A DNA stretch of 64,000 nucleotides from Eledone cirrhosa (taxonomy: Eukaryota), in contig OZ024764.1 in assembly GCA_964016885.1 (NCBI GenBank), forward strand, positions 20,584,001 through 20,648,000. Direction: 5' to 3'. The notes below the pieces were generated by a model, which saw nothing but the letters and a program-made list of their open reading frames with translations, was not told the origin of the DNA and ran no database searches. Both the position numbers and the translations under genes were made by a program. Position 1 is the first letter of the stretch; the number at the start of each line of letters is the position of its first letter. This document shows, piece after piece, positions 1-12,876 of the stretch.

Positions 1-1483
1 ACTAGGAGTAGATGAATGGCTTGTGAAAGCGGTACAAGCCATGTATAGAGGAGCAGTCAGCAAAGTTAGGATTAGCAATGAGTATAGCGAGGAATTTAGC
101 GTACAGGTTGGGGTCCACCAAGGCTCTGTTCTTAGCCCTCTCCTGTTCATCATAGTCCTGCAGGCAATAACGGAGGAGTTTAAGACCGGATGCCCATGGG
201 AACTCCTGTATGCTGATGACCTCGCACTCATAGCTGAATCTATGGTAGAACTAGAGAATAAATTCCAAACCTGGAAGCAGGGACTAGAAAGAAAGGGTCT
301 CAAAGTCAACACGACAAAGACTAAGGTCCTTGTAAGTAGATGAGAAAACAGAACCCAGATCCCCTCAGGGAAATGGCCTTGCTCAGTATGTAGGAAAGGT
401 GTAGGTAGGAACTCCATTCTCTGCCCCAAATGCAAACAATGGGTACACAAGAGATGTAGCAGGATCTCAGGAAGCTTAATTAAGAATGTAGGATTCACGT
501 GCAGCAGCTGTGCTGAAACAGCAAGCAGCAAACAGCCACAGGAAACAAGTACCACCAATCTCTGGGAGGGCCCTGTAGAAACAGTAGACAGCTTCTGCTA
601 CCTAGGTGACCGAATTAGCAACGGAGGTGGGTGTTCAGAAAGTACAATAACTAGGGTAAGAACGGGATGGAAGAAGTTTAGGGAACTACTACCACTGCTA
701 GCTGCAAAAGGCTTCTCCCTCAGAATGAAAGGCAGACTGTATGATGCGTGTATCCGAACAGCGATGTTGCATGGTAGTGAGACCTGGGCGCTGAAGGTGG
801 AAGACTTACGTAGATTAGAGAGAAACGAAGCCTGCATGCTCCGATGGATGTGTAACAGTAATATACGTGAACGACAAAGCATAAATGAATTGAAAGAGAG
901 ACTGAGCAGAAGAGGAATCAAATGCTGTGTGCAGGAGAGGCGGTTGCGCTGGTATGGACATGTGATGCGTATGAAGGATGACAGCTGCATAAAAAGGTGC
1001 AGAGCACTAGAAGTTGATGGAAACCGCGGAGTGGGGAGACCCAAGATGACCTGGGATGAGGTGATAAAAGCCGACCTTACCCAATTACACCTCTCAAAGA
1101 CAATGACACACGACCGTGACTTCTGGCGTCACGCAGTAATACAGAGTACCCGACCTCCCATGGGTACAAGCTGAAGCATATAGACAATATGCCCCCACAC
1201 CCCCCACTATAAAGTGGTCGTGGAGGTGCCACAGCAAAAAAAGCACCCAGCCCACACTGTAAAGTGGACGTGTAGGCACCACGAAAAAGCACCCAGCACT
1301 CACTGTAAATGAGGTTGGTGTTAGGAAGGGCATCCAGCTGTAGAAATCAAGCCAGATCAGTTCCTGTATGAGCAAGGCATGGTCAGCCGACCAGACACTG
1401 CACACAACAGGACAACCCGTCAAACCCATGCTAGCGTGGAAGAACGGACGTAAAACGGTGATGATGATGATGATGATGATGAT
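1..1483 (+). mobile_element. RTE-clade LINE, 3' part: RT with embedded PHD finger, 3' UTR, (GAT)n tail; runs off the window start
   Basis: GVHQGSVLSPLLF, LLYADD, FCYLG and RLRWYGHV motifs in one frame from 23 to 1174, broken only by TGA at 341-343. The tail gatgatgat ends at ~1483. Confidence 0.92.
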
Positions 1484-1750
1484 ACACACACGTCACTTGT
1501 TATAATTTTATAACTTTGTTCAACAGCACCACCAGCTATCTCTCTCACACACACCCATTATCTTTCTCTCTCTATTAGCAGAAAAACCCCATATCTCGGG
1601 AACCTGTGCATTGATTTACGTGAAACTTATTTTATCCCATTTGTATTCCCATTTCAGGGTCAACTTCCTTTCAAACTATTTTCCCATTATGCCCCGTTTT
1701 GGCTGTATTACATTACAGACAAGACACAATCACAGAGTTTTAGGTTTATA
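1484..1750 (-). mobile_element. 5' half of a non-autonomous Helitron; the RTE LINE inserted into its internal microsatellite
   Basis: Near-identical to 36660-36925 and reverse-complement homologous to 9070-9310. Confidence 0.65.
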
Positions 1751-1802
1751 ATGTTATAGTATCATGATAGGGTAATACAGTTATTTATAGACCTGTGGTA
1801 AA

Positions 1803-1903
1803 TGTTGGTTCAGTCCACCCTGAGGGGTGTTAGTGTTGGTTCAGTCCACCCTGGGGGGTGTAAGTGTTGGTTCAGTCTACCCTGAGGGGTGTCAGTATTG
1901 GTC
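1803..1903. repeat. 31-bp tandem repeat x3 (x2 at ~36984-37050)
   Basis: tgttggttcagtccaccctgaggggtgttag at 1803, 1834 and 1865. Confidence 0.8.
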
Positions 1904-1939
1904 AATGATAACCTTTATAACTAGAGGCCTGTTGGTGAG

Positions 1940-2330
1940 GAAAAGCTGGAAGTGGTGACATCTTTCTGCTACCTGTGTGACATGTCAGCTGGAAGTGGAG
2001 CCAAGTTCACTGCCATTGTGCTGTGCCACTCCACAGGTAACAAGTTTAGGCAGCTTCTCCTAGACATGCTGGCTACCATTAGACACCATGGGGCAGATTT
2101 ATAACACCTGTGGGAGAAGTGTGTTGTTTCATGCCAGCGAGACCTGGGCCATGTTATCTGACTGTCTGAATTGACTCTGAAGAAATGACAGAGCTATGAT
2201 CCACTGGATGTGTAGTGTGACCATTGAGGATGATGTCAGCTCAACTGAGCTCCTAAAAAAACTGCTGATCGACAGCCTTAAGGATGTGTTTCACAGGAGA
2301 CACATGCACTGGTATGGCCATGTTGTGCAT
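1940..2330 (+). mobile_element. old degenerate RTE RT C-terminal fragment
   Basis: LEVVTSFCYL and HASETWA remnants; paralog at ~37095-37485. Confidence 0.6.
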
Positions 2331-4590
2331 TCTCTCTCAACTCATCTATGCTTGGTCGTTGATGCACATTGACATTGCACATCCAACGGAGCATACTTGC
2401 TTCATCTCTCTCCAGCCGTTGCATGTCCTCCACAGTTGCTGTCCATGTCTCACTACCGTGCAGCATCACACATCTCACGCAGGCATCACAAGCCATTCGT
2501 TCTTAGAGAGAAACCCTTCTTTGTCAACAGAGGAAGCAGTTCCCTAAACTTCTTCCAACCCGTCCTTATTCTAGATACTATGGCCTCTGGGCACCCTCCT
2601 CCCATGCTAATTTGATCACCTAGGTATCAGAATCTATCAACCACTTCTATAGAACCTATCTGCATTTGAAAAATGTGTGTATCACTGCGACTTCTACTGT
2701 CAAATTTCCCTGTACATCTACTGCATATGTAGTTTTCCATACCTGTTAGTTTGCCTGCTATCCCACTACATTTCTTGTGTACCCAAAATCTGCATTGTGT
2801 ACATTATAGAATTTATGCCAGTTCCTTTTCTACATATTGAACAAGGCCATTTCCCTGATGGAATGACAGTTTTGTCCTCTTTTCTACTCATCAACACTTT
2901 AGTCTTAGCTAGGTTCACTCTCAGTCCTCTTGATTCCAACTGCTGTTGCAATAGCCAGAATTTATTCTCTAGCTCCTCTACTGATTCTGCTATAAGAACC
3001 ATATCGTCAGCATAGAGAACTTCCCATGGGCACCTAGTCTTAAACTCCTCTGTTATGACTTGGAGGACTGTAATGAACAAGAGCGGGCTGAGGACCGAAC
3101 CCTGATGTAATCCTGCATCTGTAATTCATCACTAAGCTCCATGCCTACCCTCACTTTACTGACAGCACCTCTGTACATAGCTTGCACTGTCTTCACAAAC
3201 TATTCCTCTACACCTAGTTTCCTTAGGGACCACCAGATGACAGATTGGGGTACTCTATCAAAGGCCTTCTCTAGGTCAACAAAAACTAAGTATATTGGTT
3301 TTCTTCTCTAAGAGCCTCTCTTGTAGTTGTCTCACTAAGAAGAGGGCATCTGTTTGACCCTTTCTCTAAGTTGCGCTAGTATTCTTTCTGTCACTTTCAT
3401 AACCTGATCCATCAGTTTTATACCCCTATAATTACTCCCCTCCGGAACATCCCCTTTACCTTTACCTCAATTTATGAGAATACTGCTGCACCAGTCTTTG
3501 GGTATGACACCACCATATATAGCTTGATTAATGATGCATGCAACCACTTTAATTCCTACTTCTCTTGATGCCTTCAGCATCTCAGCAACTATCCCCAACA
3601 GTCCAGCGGACTTACCATTTTTCATTTCCTCAATTGGACCCTATAGTCGTCAATCTCAATAGCTGGTCCTTCTGTCGGGTCTACTGAAGGTAGCTCCCCT
3701 CCTATTCATTCTCCACATTCATCAGTCTCTCATAATGACATTTCCAGGCCTCCTTTTTTTTGAGAATCAGTGACACTAAGTGCACCAACATCCTGATTTA
3801 CACTGACACACTGCCTTGCAATGTGGATCACCGCACATCTCTGATCTCCCCATCGCAGGACATTGGCAAACCTTCTACTCTCAGATTCCCTGCATGTTAA
3901 GTAAACCTGACATCTAGCTTCTCTCTTAGCGGCTGTGTATCGGTCTCTACCTCTACCATTTTTCCAAGCCTTTTGTCTCTAATGGCTCTATCTACCGTGC
4001 TGTTCCACCACCAGGTCACCCTCTGTCTGGTTGGAGCTCTGCTCCAGCCACAAGTTTCTTCAGTAACCTGCAGTAAGTTGTCACGTAAGAAATTCCAGTT
4101 ATCGTCCATGTCATAGGACTCTAAATCGTCTTCTTTTTCGCCATACACATCTTGAAGGGCTTCCCTAAATTTATATTTTAGTGAAAGGTCTTTTAGTTTC
4201 CAGTCCTTCCTTTTTCAAACCTTCTTGTATGTCTCTCTTTGTCTCTTGCTTACTGAGATGTCACTAACGACTAACCTATGTTGGGGGGTTACATTGTTCC
4301 TTGGGATATGCCTTAGTATTTGACACCATCTGTCTCTCTTGCTACTTAACTAGCAAGAAGTCAATCTGTCTCATGTGCTCACCTGATTGGTAGGTTATTA
4401 GGTGGTTGGTAGGTTTCTTGAAGTGTTGCAAATGGTTAGTTCGCTTGAATGACAAAATACAATAAGCCTCACTCTTTCTTCGTTTCTTGAGCCATAACCA
4501 TGACCACCATGTACCCCAGTGTATCCATCCTGGAACTGTCCAACATGACCATTCAAGTCCCCTGCTATTATAACTAGGTCTCTGTCATTG
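2330..4590 (-). mobile_element. degraded RTE LINE ORF (APE endonuclease + RT + PHD remnant)
   Basis: Minus-strand VIIAGDLNGHVG (~4545-4575), VTWWWN, LYADD, KWPCSICRKG and HGSETW, with many stops and frameshifts. Confidence 0.88.
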
Positions 4591-4929
4591 TGGTTATCTC
4601 TACTTATTCCTTTTCTACATATGGAGCAGGGCTACTTTCCTGAAGGGGTCAGGGTCTTCTCTCCTATCCATTAGCACTTTAGTTTTGGCTAAGTATATTC
4701 TCAGAACTTACCATTTCAAATTCTATATCTATAGCTGGTCATCTACTTAGAGAAGTTTCCATAGACAGCCAGTCTTAAACCTCTCTGTTATGGCTAGGAG
4801 AACTATGATGAACAACAGTGGGCTAAGAACTAAACCATGATGAACTCCTACCTGTACCTTCAATTCCTCACTAATCACACTTTACTGACAGCTTCTCACA
4901 AGCCATTCTTCTACACCTAATTTCTTTAA

Positions 4930-5137
4930 CCCTTTAGTATATAAACTGGCCATATCTGGCGAGAATTGTCTCATGTCTTTCTGTTCAAACTGGCCGTAAC
5001 TGGTCACTTATACTTATGTTAAGGTATTGTTCTCAAAATAAGTAACATCAAAATCTCATAGATTTGATATTATGAGTGATAAAGCATTTACTGTGAAAAT
5101 ATAATAGTAAATATAGAGTAATGTGAATACTAAAGGG
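4930..5137. mobile_element. piggyBac-type MITE, 208 bp
   Basis: TTAA|CCCTTTAGTAT ... ATACTAAAGGG|TTAA, i.e. TIRs with a TTAA TSD. Confidence 0.85.
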
Positions 5138-5590
5138 TTAATCTGATGTCACTAATAACTACTTTTATCTGTCAGTTTAATCTAATGTCACTAGTAACTA
5201 CTTTTATCAGTCAGTATAATCAACTGTCACTAATAACTACTTTTATCTGTCAGTATAATCTACTGTCACTAATAACTACTTTTATCAGTCAGTATAATCT
5301 AATGTCACTAATAACTACTTTTATCAGTCAGTTTAATCTAATGTCACTAATAACTACTTTTATCAGTCAGTTTAATCTAATGCCACTAATAACTACTTTT
5401 ATCAGTCAGTTTAATCTAATTTCACTAATAACTACTTTTATCAGTCAGTTTAATCTAATGTCACTAATAACTACTTTTATCAGTCAGTTTAATCTAATGC
5501 CACTAATAACTACTTTTATCAGTCAGTTTAATCTACTGCCACTAATAACTACTTTTATCAGTCAGTCTAATCTAATGTCACTAATAACTA
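5138..5590 (+). repeat. 39-bp intronic minisatellite, ~11.5 units
   Basis: Unit ctaatgtcactaataactacttttatcagtcagtttaat. Confidence 0.95.
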
Positions 5591-5720
5591 ACCTATGTTA
5601 GTCAGCACGTTCTTCACCAAAGAAGGCCTTAGTATTTATTACAGTCCATTTATCAATATAGAAATATTATATGAAATTTGTACTGATGTATTACAAGTTT
5701 CTCAGTATCTTATAATGTTC

Positions 5721-5734
5721 TTTTATTATTTCAG
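5721..5734 (+). other. probable splice acceptor of the ZNF coding exon (paralogs end at 25555 and 47537)
   Basis: ttttattatttcag|aatacc is conserved in all three units upstream of the ATG. Confidence 0.6.
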
Positions 5735-5927
5735 AATACCAGAGGACATTGGCATTAAAGAGCACGTTACATCAGACATATCCTCAACATTAACCATTTC
5801 TAATGAAATACACTAACCATCATTTTCAAATAATTTTGAAAACACTCAACACTTTGAAGTGATTTAGTAATATAACTAAATTTCTCAGTATTAAGCTGTG
5901 AATTATGTGAGAAGCTGAGGTGATTGA

Positions 5928-7058
<1,131 letters not shown>

Positions 7059-7706
7059 CTGTATCAATATCAAACTCATTACATCATACTACAACAACAA
7101 CAACAATTGTGTAGATCCATCATCCTGGCTAAAACTGGGGTTAACCTTGTAGGTTTTACCTATGACAGGGATCATAAACACCAGGTTTCCATTTTTGAAG
7201 TAGTGTTTGAAGATTTTGTGTAAATTAAAGTTTTTCACATCAAACTTTGATTTATTATACTTTAACAGGTAAGATATATATTTGTATTTTTAGTAAAGGT
7301 TTGGGAACTTCTGTAATTTAAACCTGCCAATAAAATGAAAACTTTTGTTGTTGTTAGTCTGACATTGATATTAATTCTATTGTGCTGTACATTGTCTCAA
7401 ATATCACAGATTAAACAGATTTTAACAATAACAACAGAAGTCAATAACTTGTAAGCCTAATATCTAGCTTCCATTTTAACTATATATATTGTTGTTCTCC
7501 TCCTGTCTCTTCAGGTCTTTTAGATTTCAACTTCTATCTACTGTACTATTCCATCATCAAGGCAACATTCATCTGCCTGGCAGCTTACATCAACTACAGA
7601 TCTCATCAGTGGTTCAGAACAGGCTGTCTGAAAGAAACTTCCAGATATCTTCTATGTCATAGCTATCAATCTCCTCCTCCTTATCATATGTATCATGTAG
7701 AACATC

Positions 7707-8285
7707 TCTGAATTTATATTTAACAGGGAGATCTTTTACTGTCCCTACCCTTTTCTCTAGGTTGTCTTGTACCTCTCTCACAGTCCCTCTAGATCTTATA
7801 TTTAACAGGGAAATCTTTTACTATCCCTACCCTTTTCTCTAGATTGTCTTGTACCAGTCTCACAGTCCCTCTCGATCTTATATTTAATAGGGAGATCTTT
7901 TACTGTCTCTACCTCTTTCTCTACGTTGTCTTGTACCTCTCTCACAGTCCCTCTAGATCTTATATTTAACAGGGAGATCTTTTACTGTCTCTACCCTTTT
8001 CTCTAGGTTGTCTTGTACCTCTCTCACAGTCCCTCTAGATCTTATATTTAACAGGGAGATCTTTTACTGTCTCTACCCCTTTCTCTAGGTTGTCTTGTAC
8101 CTCTCTCACAGTCCCTCTATATCTTATATTTAACAGAGAGATGTTTTACTCTCCCTACCCTTTTCTCTAGGTGGTGTTGTACCTCTCTCACAGTCCCTGT
8201 AGATCTTATATTTAACAGGGAGATTTTTACTCTCCAACCCTTCTACAGATAGTCTTGTATCTGTCAGTCCCTCTAGATCTTACAC
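7707..8285 (+). repeat. 82-bp minisatellite, ~7 units
   Basis: ctagatcttatatttaacagggagatc...ctcacagtccct with period 82 (7953 to 8035). Confidence 0.92.
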
Positions 8286-8572
8286 CTAGTATCTAGTCTA
8301 TGTTGAGTGGTACGTCCTTCTCCAGTAAAGGAGTTAATATTCCCAACCATCTGTCTATCCTGTTTTCTGATGAGAATGAAGTCAAGCTAGTTTATCTCTT
8401 CACCTGATTGAAGTAACTAGATCAAGTAACTAGATGTTTTCCTGTAAGTTAGTGTTGCAGTGTTTGTGTCACCATGTAAGATTTATATCTATTAATATAG
8501 AGATGTAGTAAAGTTTTCACTGTTGTATCTCTATTTTCTAAATATCTTAATAATGTTTCTCTACTATTTCAG

Positions 8573-8941
8573 AATAGCACATGACCTTGGCAGAAAAGAG
8601 TCTTTTAAAGACAACAGAAAGATGTTACATACATGTGATATAAACTTGTTTAGTCTGTGGTGAATTATGCTGAAATATTTCTTCTGAATTGAGATAAATA
8701 ACAAATTATTCCTTTTTCACTGTCTGAAATATTTACAAGATGATTTTACATTCTGATTAAACTTTAGATATTTACAAAGGAGTTTTCAAAATATTTGGAT
8801 ATTGACAAAGATCACATTTGGTAAAAATTATGAACAATAGAAATATTTACATCAACATAGGAATATTTTCCAGAAGAGATGGGAAAATCATTATACCACT
8901 GTAATATTTGTGGTAAAGTATTCTCTCTTCTTTATATGTAG
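8573..8941 (+). pseudogene. relic ZNF coding exon (acceptor, 5' UTR, truncated first finger)
   Basis: tatttcag|aatagcacatgaccttggc is homologous to the acceptor at 5734. ATG at 8879 gives MGKSLYHCNICGKVFSLLYM*. Confidence 0.7.
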
Positions 8942-9069
8942 AACATCTAACTAAACACTTTAACTAACAAACTATTGTGCTATAGAATTGACAAACTTGA
9001 GCAATGTTTAATAAATGTTACAGATTTCTCCAAACTGTCGTTTACTAACTTTAATTTGAAGCTATATTA

Positions 9070-9430
9070 TCTATATACTACTAAAACTCTGTGATTGTGT
9101 CTTGTCTAATTTAATACAGCTAAAACAGTGCATAATGGGGAAATACTTTGAAAAGAATAAAATAATTTTTGTATAAATTGGAGCACAGGTTCCCAAGATT
9201 CAAGGTTTTCTGGGTACCTTGATATATATAGGGAGAGAAAGAGATAGTGGTTGTGAGAGTGAGGAGACAGATGGAAGAGAGAGAGAGCTGGTGGTGTTGT
9301 TTAATAAAATGTGTGTGTGTGTATATATATATACGTATGTGTATATTTTAACTATTTAAAAATTATTTTTAAATGACTTTTAAAAAATAGCTTTAAGGGA
9401 ACGTGACCCAACAGGTCCCGGGTGGTCTAG
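9070..9430 (+). mobile_element. non-autonomous Helitron, ~360 bp
   Basis: A|TCTATATACTACTAAA start; gtgacc-caaca-ggtc hairpin followed by CTAG|T; internal GA/TA microsatellites. Confidence 0.78.
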
Positions 9431-9836
9431 TTTGTTACTAAATACTAGATATTAGAGGGTCATGTTGTTCTAGATGTGCTGGAAGAGCCATTCCATCTTG
9501 TGAGGTTCACACCAGCAGCTAGCCACCTCAGCACCTATGGTGGTATATTTATTATATTATTTATTCTTTATCATTAACATTAATATAAAAGATAATTATA
9601 TATTTTTAGAGAAGAACCTCTAATTTTATATAGCTTAGGGCTTCAGTAGGTAAAAGTCTGGCCCTGCTTGTCTCGTATTTTTTAGGGGAGAAGTTAGGGA
9701 ATACTGTTATTGTGTGAAAGTTTTCTAAATCTTCTGCAGCCACTAACATGGAGAAGATATTTCAGTAAAAAGGTTCACATCCTGACATCTATAGCTGTTA
9801 ACAATGAGATTGGAATTCATTATTAAACAAATGTTA

Positions 9837-10392
9837 TATCATCATCACTGTTTAACAACAGTTTTTTCCCGCTGGCATGGGTTAGACGAGTTATCCTGTT
9901 GTAAGCAAGGCCAGGTCAGGTGACCATGTCTGGCTCCTACAGAACAAATTTTGGTTTGGTTTCTACAGCTGGATGCCCTTCCTAGCACCAACCTTATTTA
10001 CATTGAGTACTGGGTGCATTTTACCATCTCACCATCACGACCACTTTACAGTGTGGGCTGGGTGCTTTTTGTTGTGACACCTACATGACCACTTTAAAGT
10101 TTTGACTGTGTGCTTTTTGTCGTGACACCTACATGACCACTTTACAGTGTGGGCTGGGTGCTTTTTGCCGTGACACCTACGCAACCGCTTTACAGTGTGG
10201 GCTGGTTTCTTTTTGTCATATCACCTACATAACCGCCTTATAGTGTTGGCTGTGTGTTCTTTGCAGTGTGGGCTGGTTTCTTTTTGTCATATCACCTACA
10301 TGACCACCTTATAATGTTGACTGTGTTCTTTACAGTGTGGGTTGGGTGCTTTTTGTCATATCACCTACCCAACCACTTTGCAGTGTGGGCAG
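9837..10392 (-). mobile_element. RTE 3' UTR-derived element with ~48-bp internal tandem repeat (copies ~13355-13935, ~30510-30875, ~52155-52888)
   Basis: Reverse complement of the RTE 3' UTR box gaagggcatccagctgtagaaa and the atcatc tail; unit atgaccactttacagtgtgggctgggtgctttttgttgtgacacctac. Confidence 0.75.
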
Positions 10393-10399
10393 TGAAATA

Positions 10400-10925
10400 T
10401 CAGTAATGCACCAGCTCCAATATTCAGTAATCAGAAGAAGGGAGGTAGGCATAAAAGCCAAACTTGCTGTCTTCAATTAGGTTTTTGTGCTAACCCTTAC
10501 CTATGGTCACATATCTTGGGTAATGACCAAAAGAATATGATTGCGAATACAAGTGGCAGATATGGGATTCATCTGAAGGGTCTTTGAAGGAATGTTTCTC
10601 AATAAAGTGCATAGCTCTGAGATCCGAGAGTCACTCCAGGTGGAGCTGTTACTTCTCCTAATTGAGACATCACAGCTGCAATACTATGGCCATGTGGTTA
10701 GAATGTCTGAGGAAAGAATCACTGGATAGATTTTACAGGCAAAACTAACCAGCAGGAGACCCAGGGGTAGACCTGAGCAAGATGGTCACATAACATCCAT
10801 GAGCTTGGCTGGTCTCTCTGGGAGATCCAGCCAGATCAGTTGGAGTGGGTTGCTTCTGACAGGACCTTTTGGAGGTAGTGTTTGAGGACTCTGCCCCCAA
10901 GACCCTCTCTGGATTAATAAGAAGA
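10400..10925 (+). mobile_element. degenerate RTE RT C-terminal fragment of a second family (copies ~13940-14470, ~52895-53430)
   Basis: KAKLAVFN, TLTYGH.SWVMT, QLQYYGHVVRM and RPRGRP remnants. Confidence 0.7.
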
Positions 10926-11216
10926 GGTTGAGGTTACATAATCAACATCAGATTTCCCTGCTAGCAAGGGTTTAATGAGTCTACTTCAACCAAGTAAGTA
11001 CTGAAGTGAGGCTACTGATCTCCCAGACAGACCAAGGATCTGAGACTTATTTACATAAGGTCTCATTTGCTACTGAGTGCACAGAAAAGGTTGTCATGTT
11101 TTTGTCATGATTGAAGGGTTCTCCAACACTATTGTCAGGCAAGCTTTCTATGGCTAGATGTCCTTCACATGACCAACCACATTACAGCCTGTGTTGGGTG
11201 TGTTTATCATGTAGGT

Positions 11217-12876
11217 GAGGCATAACAAACCGAGGGTTCCCCAAGGGCCACATAGGTCACATGTGTTGTCTGAGGGTTGCACACTACAACTAATTATGTA
11301 CACGACAACTAGTTAAAGTCATTTAATAAAATTTAATATAGAAAGATTTGTTACTTAAATTTAGAAACATACAATGTCCATACAAATGTTTTAGCAGCAT
11401 TCATGAATACAAAGTAATGAAGTAGTTTGATAAAAAACTAAAATTTAACATGTCAACATATACTTGCAGATTGTAACAGCAACAAATACATTGTACACAA
11501 ATAACAACAGTTGAAAACTGAACATTTATTTGCTACTATTCAACCATTTTTAGTGTTTTGTCCTGAGGCTTGACACTTCTTTCTGTTGACAATTTTTGGT
11601 ATGTCTGGCTGAAATGTCTGTACAGTTTCAACTTTAATCAAAGATGACAAGTGTTGATCTGTCAGCCTTGTTCTCTGAGATGTTTTTGTTAAGCTAAGTA
11701 CAGACTCAGTATGGGTAGTGATTTTCAGCTCTTTGCACATAAGAAACGGAATTAAATTTTCATCTGACAACGGAGACTTCCATAAGCTAAGTTTTCTAAT
11801 GAAGAACTTGATGTCATCATACAACTGAGTGATGGGTTTGTTTTTACCTTGTAATTTCAAATTAAGATCAGTTAATTGTGCAGTAATATCCACAAAAATA
11901 GCCAGATGTTGGAGCCAACTTTCATCTTTTATTTCATCTGTTTTGACCTTTCATCTCCAAAAACAATTATTTCAACAAATAGAATCTTTTCAGCACTTTG
12001 TGACATGTCAACCAGCAGACTTCTGTGTAGAATGGAACTTCGGTGAACTGATTATCCATATCTTCCAACAACTGGCTGAACTGACGGTGGTTGAGAGCAC
12101 GGCCTCTGATTTAGTTCACTGTCTTTGTGACCAAGCTAAGCACATGATGCAATTTTAAAATCTTTGAACATAAATTTTGCTGATGAATAATAGTGAAAAT
12201 GTGCAAATGATGAATCTAGATATGAGTTTTCTATTTTTGTTTGTAACTTGGCAGCAACACCATTATGTCTACCAACCATATCTGCAGCACTGTCAGTAGA
12301 TAAACATGCAAGTTTACTCAGATCAAAACCATGCAGACCCTGCTTGACCTTCTCAAAGATGTCCTGGCTTGTTATAGTGTCATGCATGGGGACCAGTTCA
12401 ATCAGTTTTTCATAAATATTAAATTTACTGTCACAGGCCCTGATGAAGAATGCAAGCTGTACTATTCCAGTGATGTCAAGTCTCTTCAATAGCAATAGAA
12501 ACATGTTCAAACCATGATGATACAGCCTTTAACTGTTGTTTCAGATCACCTGACATTTCATTAATCTGTTCAGCAACAGTGTTCCTGGTTAATGAAATGT
12601 CTTTGAATAACTCTGCTTTCTCTGGACAATTTCAGCTGTTTTTACAAGACATTGCTTTACAAAATCTCCTTCACTGTAAGATTTCCCACTCATGGCAATC
12701 ATTTGACTGAGTTCATAGCTTGCAGTAACAGAAGTCACATCCTCTTCCTGAATTAACATAAAACAGGTCTGTTGCTGTGTCAAGTTAGACTTCAATTCCT
12801 TGAGTCTTGAAACACACATTGGGCCTTCATATTTATCGTAAGATCGAGGGTTTGTTTCATAATGTCTTTTTAAATT
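11217..12876 (-). mobile_element. truncated duplicate of the Buster/SPIN-like hAT element
   Basis: Same left junction atgtaggt|gaggcataacaaac as at 14749, with transposase fragments; cut at the local duplication junction ~12876. Confidence 0.88.
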
